Assembly: GCA_963728405.1 (NCBI GenBank)
Contig: CAVSJV010000002.1
Span: forward strand, 128,001 to 192,000
DNA from: Methanomassiliicoccaceae archaeon
GTDB lineage: Archaea > Thermoplasmatota > Thermoplasmata > Methanomassiliicoccales > Methanomassiliicoccaceae
Length of the DNA: 64,000 nucleotides
Reading direction: 5' to 3'
Of the stretch, positions 55,120 to 64,000 are shown piece after piece; the first letter of the stretch is position 1; every line of letters begins with the position of its first letter. Under the pieces are notes generated by a model. It ran no database searches. It was given only the letters and a program-made list of their open reading frames with translations, and was not told the DNA's origin. The translations under genes were made by a program, and so were the position numbers.

Positions 55120-55887
55120 TCCTGCAGGGTCGAGGAATATCCAAGGGCGTGGGCAAGGGTGCCATCCTATTGAGCGAAAGTCCAGTCTCCTTTCTGGGCG
55201 GGGTGGATCCCGCATCTGGTAGCCTCTCCGATCCATCGATGAACAATGAATCGATCAAGGACCGGGTGTTCGCCTTTCCCCGGGGAAAGGGCAGCACCGT
55301 CGGCTCCTATGTGCTTCTTGAGATGAGGAAACAGGGCACCCTTCCGGCGGCAATGATCAATGCCAGCGCTGAGCCGATCGTGGCCACCGGAGCGGTGATG
55401 TCCCATGTACCCCTGGTCGACCGGATCGACCTGTCCCTGCTACGGGACGGGGATCTGGCGCTAGTTGATGGCGCCCTCGGGACCGTCGAGCTCCCCGGGA
55501 TCAAGGAAACGCATGTGGTCAGCTGTCTGGTCCGCGATGGTAACCGCTACCTGATACTGAAAAGGAGCGAACATGTCGGCACCTTCCAGGGTTACTGGGC
55601 CGCGGTCAGCGGTTTCGTGGAAGATGGAGAGACCCCTGATCAGACCGCAGTAAAGGAGCTTAGGGAGGAGACCTCATTGGACCTGAGCATTGCCAAGAGC
55701 GGGGGGGCGGTGAAGGTGCGGTCCACGGATACCATCTGGGTGATCCATCCGTTCCTGTTCCAAGCCACCGGGCCAAAGGTAAAGATCGACTGGGAGCACA
55801 CAGAGTTCCGATGGCTCCGGGCCGATGAACTGAAGGCGTTCCAGACCGTCCCCGGCCTGGAACACGTTCTGAAAAAGCCTGCTCTAG
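55116..55887 (+). CDS. Aconitase X swivel subunit (DUF126, phosphomevalonate dehydratase S) fused to a NUDIX domain; 3' end probably shifted by an indel in the A-run at ~55872
   Basis: SFLGGVDP, GKGSTVGSY, then SGFVEDGETPDQTAVKELREET Nudix box and DWEH. Confidence 0.85.
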
Positions 55888-58800
55888 AAGGTTACGTCCA
55901 CTTCCTTCTCCAGCAGATTCAGTTCGTGGGGGTCCAGGGTCGATGGGTTCATCGCCAGCAGGAGGATGGAGTGGTTTATGGCCACCTGGTCCCGCAAGGA
56001 TTGGATGAATCTGAGCACCGTCAGGAAATTGTTGTTGGTGATCAGATACTCCAGCCCATCTAGCAGGATCACCCCGCCCTGGTTAGATAGGAACTGTTCC
56101 AGTGAGAAGCTGAGCTTCTCCAGGTCCTTGGGCCGAAGAGAATTCTCCTTGCCGATGTTGGACAGCCAAACGATGGGTGTGTCTCCTAGGTTGAACTTCG
56201 AACGTATCTTGAGCGGATAGTCCCTAGTGATGCAGTAGCCTTTCATTCCCTTGCCCAGGGCTTCCACGAACATCGCATAGGACCGATCGCTCTTGTCCTC
56301 CTTTATGAGGTAGGTGAACGAGGGTTCCAGAGCCGAGGCCTTTTTCCCGCCCTTGATAAGTTCTTCCGCTCCCTCGCCTTCTTCATCGGACCGCTCCTCC
56401 ACGACTGGCTTATTACAGGCGGGGCAGGTGGTCTCATAGGGCTGCACTTGCCTCTTGCAGTAGCGGCATTCTGTGACCCTGGTGAACCCGCCCGCAGCGG
56501 CATAGTCCATTATCTCCTGTACGGTCTTGGCGCTAAGCCCCTTCACTGCCCTGAGGTCTTCCTTGGACGCCTTGGTGAGCTTGTCGACGCTGCTGTAACC
56601 GGCGTCGTAGACCATCTCGGCCTTGAGATCGTTCATGCGGGGGACCCGTTTGAGATAAGCGAACATCCGCTCCTTGTCCACCGCCTCGGCCTCATCCTTC
56701 ATCTGGGCGGTCTGCTCCTCCTTGACCGGAGCTTCTTGACGAACAAGATAGTGAACGATGTTGCGGGCGTCCGCTCTGGTCAGCCCAGGCACCTCGGAAA
56801 GAATGTTCTCGTCCATTCCCTTGAGGTCATCTATAGTGTGCCTTCCGGACTTGACCAGCGCGAGGGCAGCATCCATGGTGATGCCTGGAATCTTGGTGAA
56901 GTTCTTGACCCCCTCTTTCATGTGGAGGGAGGAGACGGCGATATCGACCTTGTGCTTCTCGACCTCCCAGTTAGCGACGTGCTCGCCCTTGGGTTCATTG
57001 GTGAACTCCATCTGAAGGGCCCTGGTCTCCTTCATTATGTGCTCCTTCCAGGTCTTGAAGTACTCTTCCAGGGTGCTGGGGGCCTTGACCTCTACTCTTA
57101 CGAACTCCTCAACTTCTAGCTTCATGTCCTTCCGCATCTGCTGGATGCGGCGGATGATCTCTCGAGTATAGCCTTCCGCTTCGATCTCCTCAGTCATGTT
57201 AAAGTCGATATAGAGATCTCCGCCAGCGAACTTCACACCGACCACATGTTCTCTGGTAGGGTAGTGGTGAAGGAGACCATGTTGGGCTCGATTCGGACGA
57301 TCTGGCCTTCGATCCCCAGCGAGTACTCGCCCCGCTCGATCGCTTCCTTGATGTCCTGCGCCGGCCGGTTCTTGAGCATGACTGCGATCTTGGATGACCA
57401 CTGCCGGTATACCTTGCCAATAGCATGGGGGTTCGGTATGAACGTCCAGTATGAGGTCGCTCCAGTCCTGATCAGTCGGGACGTACTCCACGGATTTGAC
57501 GTTGGCCTGGGACAGGAGCACCTCCTCCATGGGTCTCAGGATATCAAGGATCTCCTTGGAATCGGCCCTTATGATGATCCTCTTGAGGGGCCAACGAAGC
57601 TTGACGTTCTTCTTCTGCCTCTCCTTGGTGATCTCTTCGACCAGTTCCTGCATGGTCTTCATGGACGCTTCCAGGCGATCGTCCACCAGGGTAAGGTCGG
57701 GATTGGGCCAGTCGGTCATATGGACCGAGCCCTTGCTGCCATCAAGGGCCTGATAGATCTCCTCAGTGATATGAGGGCAGAATGGCGCCAGAAGCTTGAT
57801 CGTCGTCATCAGGGCATCGTGCAAGGTGACATAGGCAGCGATCTTGTCCATGTCGGTGGACTCGTTCCACATACGATCACGGTATCAGTCTCACGTACCA
57901 CCGGGACATATCCTCCAGGATGAACTCCTCGAGGGCGCGGCAGGCCTTGTGGAGCTCGAAGGAGTTCATGTTGCGGGTGACCTCGGTCTTGAGCTTCTCG
58001 GTACGGGATACCAGCCAGCGGTCCTCAGGTCTTAATGCGGCCCGCACACCGTTCATGTCGACCGCGGCGGGATCGAACTTATCGATGGACATGTAGGTGG
58101 AGGCAAAGTTGGCCACGTTCCATAGGATGTTCAGAGTCTTCCTGGCGTTCTTGACCCCCTCGTGCTGGAATGCAATGTCCTCCCATGGGGCGGAAACGCG
58201 AAGGAAATAGAATCTCAAGGCATCGGCACCATATTCGGCTATGACCTTGCCCGGTTCGATGACGTTGCCCTTGCTCTTGGACATCGGTTGGCCGCTGGGA
58301 TCCAGCATCCAGCCGTGCATGAGCACGCTCTCATAGGGTGCTCGCCCGAAAGAGACACAGGAGGAGCCGAGCTGGGAATAGAACCAGCCCCTGGTCTGAT
58401 CATGCGCCTCGGTAATGAACTTGGCTGGCCACCAGCGTTCGAACTCCGAACGGTTGCGTGGGAATCCCAGCTGGGCCCAGGAAGCCACTCCCGCGTCGAA
58501 CCAGACGTCCAGGACATCGGCGACCCGCTTCATTTTGCCCCCGCACTTATCGCACTTCAACATGACGCCGTCGATCCAGGGGCGGTGGAGCTCCATGTCC
58601 TTACGGTAGCCTTCCGCGCCCTCCAGCTCGTCGGTCGAGCCGACGACCCTCATCTGGCCGCAGCGACACTTCCAAACCGGAAGCGGAATGCCCCAATAGC
58701 GTTGCCGAGAGATGCACCAATCCCGGGCGTTCATCGTCCAGTCATATTCACGGGAGGAACCGGCCCATTCGGGGCTCCAGCGGACCTTAGCGATCTCGTC

Positions 58801-60084
58801 GAGCATGAGGTCCTTGACCTGGGTGATCTTGAGGTACCACTGTGAGGTGTTCCGGAACAGGATGCCGGAATTGCATCTCCAGCAGTGGCCGTAGCGGTGC
58901 TCGATGGTCCCCGCATGGAACATCAGCCCCTTCTCCTTAAGGTCCTCGATGATCTGGGGGTTCGCTTTCTTGACGTGCATCCCTGCATAACGGGCACCGA
59001 CGTCCTTGGTGAACTTGCCCCCCTCATCCACCGGGCAGTACGGCTCGATGCCGAATTCCCTGCCAAGTTCGAAGTCCTCAGGGCCATGGCCAGGCGCGAT
59101 GTGGACCAGTCCGGTCATGTCCGCTTCGACCGTCTTGGAGGGGATCACCTTGTGGACCCATTTGCCCTCCATCTTGCGCTGGGAATCGACCTCCGCCTCC
59201 AACGGCGGTACATACTCCTTGCCCACGAGGTCATCGCCTTCGATGTGCTCAAGTATGTCGTACTCCTGCCAGCCCTCCAGCTGGCCGATCTGGTCGATCA
59301 GCGATTCCAAGATGATGACCGTATCCGATACGCCGTCCTTGTGATAGCGGACCTTGGCATAGCGATAGTCAGGGTGGGCGGCCACCGCCATGTTCGCCGG
59401 CAGCGTCCAGGGGGTGGTGGTCCAGATAAGGAGGGAAACGCCGGTCTCCCCCCGCAGGGGGAACTTGACGTAGATGGAAGGGTCCTTCACATCAGAATAT
59501 TCGATCTCCGCCTCGGCCAGGGCGGTCTCGCAACGGGGGCACCATGAGATGACCCGGCTGGCGGATGTTAGCAGCCCTTTATCATTGGCCCGCTTCAGCG
59601 TCCACCAGGCTGCCTCTATGTAGGAGGGGGCGATGGTCATGTAGGGCTTTTCCCAGTCCATCCACACGCCCAGCTCCTTGAACTGCTCGGTCATCTTGCT
59701 CTGGAACCCCAGCGCATATTCCTTACAGGTGGAGACGAACTTATCGATGCCATAAGCCTCGATGTCCTTCTTGCTCTTGACCCCAATGGCCTGTTCGACC
59801 TTTACCTCGATTGGCAGGCCGTGCATGTCATAGCCGGGCTGGTCCCGGACATTATACTTCTGCATCCGCTTGAACCGGACCACCGAATCCTTGATGGTCT
59901 TGTTCCAGGCGGTGCCCAGGTGAATGTAACCGGTAGTGTACGGAGGTCCGTCCACGAAGTAATAGTCCGCTCCGTTGGCGCGCAGCTCCTTAGTCTTCTT
60001 GTAAGCATTGGTCTCGTTCCAGAACTTCTGGACCCGCTTCTCCAGCTCAGGAGCGTTATAATTAGCATGAACCTGCTTTATCAT
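55884..60084 (-). CDS. ileS: Isoleucyl-tRNA synthetase with long C-terminal extension (HhH repeats, Zn ribbon, DUF835); indels near 57885, 57435 and 57250
   Basis: DGPPY..HLGT, WTTTPWTLP, DWCISRQRYWG, PMSKS, KLRWPL, EGYTREIIRRIQ; DUF835 motif LLDGLEYLITNNNF. Confidence 0.93.
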
Positions 60085-60186
60085 CGCAGTCCCTTTCTGT
60101 TCAGGGTAATAAGCTGACCCTTTAAAATGATGGCGGTCCGTTCGGGGATGCTGGATTGCTATACGTTCTAGGGGCAGATGGTGGTC

Positions 60187-61230
60187 CTAGCCCCACATGT
60201 CGAGACTCAATTGGGACTTGGGCATGACCTCGGCCTTCTTGGCCGGCCGCTTCTTCTCTAGTCGGTCGAGCGCAGCGGTAACCCGAGCCTCCGAAAATTC
60301 ATGCTCATTGCACATGAACTCCACGATCTTGTCCCTCTGGGCCGGCCTCCATTCGAGTTTGTAGTCATCGAGATGCTCGACACGGAGGAATATCTCTTTG
60401 ATCACCTCGCGGTCCGGTATGCTCTCGTTGATCGCTTCGAGCGCCCGATCCAGCGTGCCCTTCTCCTTGATCAGTTTTAACCCTTTCTTGGGCCCTATGC
60501 CTCTGATGCCTGGATTGTAATCAGTTCCCATGAGCATGCACAGGTCGATCAATTGCTCCCTACTCTCCAGGCCATTGGCCTCCAGGACCTTGAGCAGTTC
60601 TACCACCTCGATGTGGACGTCTCGATACTCCTTGCTCCCGGGCATCTTCCTCCGCCCGGTGATGTTCAGGTTACGCACCAGCCGAGGTGCGCCGAACAAC
60701 AAGGCATCGTAATCTTGGGAGGAGGCCGCCCAGACCGCACCCTGCTGGGCCATATAGGCGGCCTGGGCTTCGCCTTCTTCGGGTGCCTGGACGACCGGTA
60801 TCCCGAGATAGGTCAGCAGGATCCGGGACGATTCGACGATCTCATTGTTGATCCGTGAGGATTGGGTCGCCTTGCTCCTAGCCCTCTCGACATCCCCATC
60901 GCTCACCGCCTCTTTCCAATCTTCATGGGCTTTGGCCCTTCTCTCCGATCGCTCGGCCAGGGTATGGGCTTTCATAACATGGGGATGCCCATCAAAAACG
61001 TAGGCTGGACGGATATTTGCCTCTAGCAGGTTGATATTACGGTAAAGCAGGCCGGTCAAGTGGGAGGTGACCCTGCCCCGGGAGTCTTTCAGCGGGGTCC
61101 CGTCAGGTCCTCTGATGATGGATAGGAACTGATAGATGGCATTATAGGCGTCGATGGCCAAGGTCTGGCCCGACAGGTCCTCGAGTTCCCTCCGCTCCAC
61201 CGGCACGATGTCCGAAAGATTGACTCCCAT
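60187..61230 (-). CDS. fen: Flap endonuclease 1
   Basis: AIDAYNAIYQFL, EGEAQAAY, SQDYD, GTDYN, C-terminal PIP-like QLSLDMW. Confidence 0.95.
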   Translation of the reverse strand: MGVNLSDIVPVERRELEDLSGQTLAIDAYNAIYQFLSIIRGPDGTPLKDSRGRVTSHLTGLLYRNINLLEANIRPAYVFDGHPHVMKAHTLAERSERRAKAHEDWKEAVSDGDVERARSKATQSSRINNEIVESSRILLTYLGIPVVQAPEEGEAQAAYMAQQGAVWAASSQDYDALLFGAPRLVRNLNITGRRKMPGSKEYRDVHIEVVELLKVLEANGLESREQLIDLCMLMGTDYNPGIRGIGPKKGLKLIKEKGTLDRALEAINESIPDREVIKEIFLRVEHLDDYKLEWRPAQRDKIVEFMCNEHEFSEARVTAALDRLEKKRPAKKAEVMPKSQLSLDMWG

Positions 61231-61356
61231 GACGGTACAAAAGAACGCTGGGCACTGATATAACATTAACTGGACGGGGTGGTGACGAACCGGCTCTCAT
61301 CGCCATGTTGACGACGGTCCGGAATGGGACCCTCTGATCGAGAGCGGCCTTCCGAC

Positions 61357-61533
61357 CTAATCCTTGACCGTTGGTATGTAGAAGAACATCAAGGCCACCC
61401 CGATCCATACTAGCAGACCCAGGATGTAGGGAATACCGGCGTGAAGGGTCGTGGCTACGACTAGCAGCAGTAACGGCAATACGATGGAGATGAGCAGAAT
61501 GAACCATCTTGAGCCGGTAAAGTCGAAATTCAT
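61357..61533 (-). CDS. Small two-TM membrane protein (58 aa)
   Basis: MNFDFTGSRWFILLISIVLPLLLLVVATTLHAGIPYILGLLVWIGVALMFFYIPTVKD; co-oriented between rpe and fen. Confidence 0.6.
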   Translation of the reverse strand: MNFDFTGSRWFILLISIVLPLLLLVVATTLHAGIPYILGLLVWIGVALMFFYIPTVKD

Positions 61534-61590
61534 AGGACCGAAGGAGCATGCTACGGGTCATTTATGAATGTTTGCTGAACTTTGGGGGCT

Positions 61591-62256
61591 TCATTCACTG
61601 AGTGGATAGGTAAAATCTCTCCATTTGCTCATCTCTTTGCCCATGTTCCCACACTTGAAAAGGGAGCTTCCCGCCGCGAGGACCGTGGCACCCGCTTCTA
61701 CACAAATGCGCCCCGTATCGCAGTCGATGCCGCCGTCGACCTCGATCTCCGCGCAGCTGCCGTGGACGTCGAAGAACGCTTTAGCCCGGGAGATCTTGGG
61801 CACGCAATCAGCTATGAACGATTGTCCGCCGAAACCGGGGTGAACGGTCATGATCAGCAACAGATCGATCTTAGGAAGGAAGGGCAGCACCGTCTCGAAC
61901 GGGGTCTCTGGGTTCAGGGAGAGACCGGCCTTCTTGCCCAGGGCATGGATACGCTCGATGGTGGCCATGATGTCCTCGCAGGCCTCCACATGCAGAGTAA
62001 TGATGTCCGCTCCGGCCTTAGCAAAATTTTCTATGTATCTCTCTGGCTTGGTGATCATCAGGTGGACATCGAATGGCAGCTTAGTATGGGGCCGAAGGCT
62101 CTGGATGACCCCTGGACCGATGGTGATGTTGGGCACGAACACGCCGTCCATGACATCGACATGCACCCAGTCCGCGCCTTCGCGCTCCAGCCTCTGTACT
62201 TCCTCACCCAGGCGGCTGAAGTCCGCCGACAGGATGGAGGGCGCTATCTTGACCAT
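61591..62256 (-). CDS. rpe: Ribulose-phosphate 3-epimerase
   Basis: IAPSILSADF, HVDVMDG, DVHLM, PGFGGQ, VDGGI. Confidence 0.95.
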   Translation of the reverse strand: MVKIAPSILSADFSRLGEEVQRLEREGADWVHVDVMDGVFVPNITIGPGVIQSLRPHTKLPFDVHLMITKPERYIENFAKAGADIITLHVEACEDIMATIERIHALGKKAGLSLNPETPFETVLPFLPKIDLLLIMTVHPGFGGQSFIADCVPKISRAKAFFDVHGSCAEIEVDGGIDCDTGRICVEAGATVLAAGSSLFKCGNMGKEMSKWRDFTYPLSE

Positions 62257-62438
62257 GAGGGCGATGAAGCCGGTGCTTGATATTAAGGGTTCTGCGAAAT
62301 ATAATGGCCTTTTCGAATTGGTCGCCTTCTCAAACGATGAGGGTTATAAAATACAATAATCGTAGATCATGCAATCTAGGTTACGATTTCTCGTTAGAAA
62401 TATATAATGGCGTTTAACCAGTCGATATACGTGGAATC

Positions 62439-63143
62439 ATGAAGACCGCCAATAAAATAATCGCAGAAGGAGTGGGGACCTTCATACTGGTATTGGGGGG
62501 AGTCGGCAGCGCCGTTCTCGCAGGGCCAGATCTTGGCAATCTGGGCATTGCCGCAGCTTTCGGTCTAGCTCTTTTAGCCATGGTCTTCGCCATCGGTTAC
62601 ATCTCTGGGTGTCACATCAATCCAGCCGTTACAGTGGGAGTGGCGGTAGCTAGAAAGATGCCTGTAAGAGACATCGTTGGTTATCTCGCAGCCCAGTTCA
62701 TTGGTGCAACTATCGCTGCTGGGGTGGTACTTCTCATCGCCCAAGGTGCTCCTGGAGGCTACGATGTCTCCCAAGGCTTGGCCGCTAATGGGTACGGTGA
62801 GCACTCTCCCGGAGGATATGATATTTTTGTCGCCGCAGTGACAGAGATCGTGATAGCGTTTATCTTCGTCTTCACAGTGTTGGCCGTGACGGACCGATTG
62901 GCCCCAAAAGATCTAGCCGGGGTACCCATCGGTCTGACCCTGGCCCTTGTACATCTCATTGCAATACCGGTCACTAACTGTTCGGTCAACCCTGCCAGAA
63001 GCTTTGGACCCGCCATTTTTGTCGGGAGCTGGGCCCTTGATCAACTATGGCTTTTCCTCGTCATGCCCATCATTGGGGCGTTGATAGCCGCTGGCACTTA
63101 TCGTTTAATGGGAGGGATGCCAGCGAGGAAGGAAGTGGTGTGA
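62439..63143 (+). CDS. aqpZ: Aquaporin Z (MIP family)
   Basis: SGCHINPAV and SVNPARS NPA motifs; ANGYGEHSPGGY. Confidence 0.93.
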   Translation: MKTANKIIAEGVGTFILVLGGVGSAVLAGPDLGNLGIAAAFGLALLAMVFAIGYISGCHINPAVTVGVAVARKMPVRDIVGYLAAQFIGATIAAGVVLLIAQGAPGGYDVSQGLAANGYGEHSPGGYDIFVAAVTEIVIAFIFVFTVLAVTDRLAPKDLAGVPIGLTLALVHLIAIPVTNCSVNPARSFGPAIFVGSWALDQLWLFLVMPIIGALIAAGTYRLMGGMPARKEVV

Positions 63144-63472
63144 TCGGAATATCGAGATGGCAGGTCCGCTCTGTCCCGGTACAGATAGGAGGGGATGGGG
63201 TGCCCCATCTTCTCATATTCTATTGCTGGAAAGTGATTGGGCGCCACAACAACCTATTTTCGCCTATTTTCAACGCCTCGACGTCTTTCTGAGGACAATA
63301 GAAATAATGTCTATCCCCGGGCGGGAGCGGGATCGCCTATCATTCCGATCATAGATGAAATGTCAACGGACCGATCTTTGGCCTGAGATTGATGCTCGAG
63401 GCCCCTCGAACACCTGATCCTCTTAACGGGGCAGGGAAAATCTTTTATCGGGGAGTGAGAGTTCCCACCCTC

Positions 63473-63667
63473 ATGGCAGAGGATAAGTGCGGAGTTGCTG
63501 GTTGCAGCGAGACCGCCGTTAAATCCTATTCTCGGGAAGCGTGTGAGAAAGCAGGCCTGAAGCCCGCCGATGAAAATGCGCGCCGAATGCACCTATGTAA
63601 GGAACACAACAAGCAGTTCAAGAAGGCTACCAAGAGCGATCGGACCCTGGAGCAATTGGGCAGGTGA
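63473..63667 (+). CDS. Small hypothetical Cys/His (putative Zn-binding) protein
   Basis: CGVAGC...HLCKEH; TTTTAT promoter-like element upstream. Confidence 0.65.
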   Translation: MAEDKCGVAGCSETAVKSYSREACEKAGLKPADENARRMHLCKEHNKQFKKATKSDRTLEQLGR

Positions 63668-63908
63668 GACCAGCTATATCGACTGTATCCGTTGGTCCTG
63701 ATGGGCACCCCGTAGATGACCATCTTCGACTCGATTTTTTAACCTTTTCCATGTCCGTTAAGATAAACTGGGTCCATGAGGCTGGCGGAACGAATGTTGT
63801 GTGTGGGGGTTAGACGCCCTTCATCCGACTCAGCCTCAGGGATATTGAGGAAAATGGGTAAAACGGTCCAGCGTAATTATTAATCGCCAAGGTTACCATG
63901 ACCGGGGC

Positions 63909-64000
63909 ATGAAATTGACCTTCCTAGGAACGGGCGGAGGGATGCCCTCCCCCGATCGAGGGGTGAGCGCCGTCGCCCTGCAGATCGGAAAGGAGGTCCT
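63909..64000 (+). CDS. rnz: Ribonuclease Z, 5' part only
   Basis: MKLTFLGTGGGMPSPDRGVSA N-terminus. Confidence 0.8.
   Translation, partial: MKLTFLGTGGGMPSPDRGVSAVALQIGKEV

Noticed and set aside
55888-56063. C-terminal extension of the DUF126-NUDIX ORF overlapping ileS
   Set aside because: Antisense to the DUF835 coding region. Removing one A from the run at ~55872 gives a stop at 55887.

Overview
Archaeal chromosome segment, most consistent with Methanomassiliicoccales (Thermoplasmatota methanogen). The assignment is inferred from rpo7-spt4-eS24-eS31, archaeal RNase P RNA, an intron-containing tRNA, MtaA, HdrA/MvhD, aconitase X and several DUF835 proteins. Many conserved genes (copA, nrdJ, mvhD, hdrA, otsA, dys, pit, katG, ileS) carry single-base frameshifts typical of long-read indel errors, so split ORFs were rejoined. 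The most striking locus is 3824-8155. It has a 4-copy ~114-bp tandem array in which each unit carries a Shine-Dalgarno site and a 27-nt ORF for the octapeptide MFGSIGPH. The array converges on a wHTH-ATPase-TPR regulator, and an identical palindrome (GGAGCATGCTCAA) lies at the same distance upstream of the TATA box of both the array and a divergent DUF835 gene. This is a candidate archaeal peptide-signalling (RRNPP-like) module. Other notable items: a DsrE-TusA-MvhD-HdrA-HdrA-FdhB-like-x2-MvhD cluster without HdrBC; IleRS fused to HhH/Zn-ribbon/DUF835; a phosphomevalonate dehydratase small subunit-NUDIX fusion; an adenine deaminase-PRTase fusion; small genes with in-frame TAG/TGA; candidate CTG starts; and a bacterial-looking katG beside tRNA-Arg. 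All product calls come from motif recognition, not database searches.
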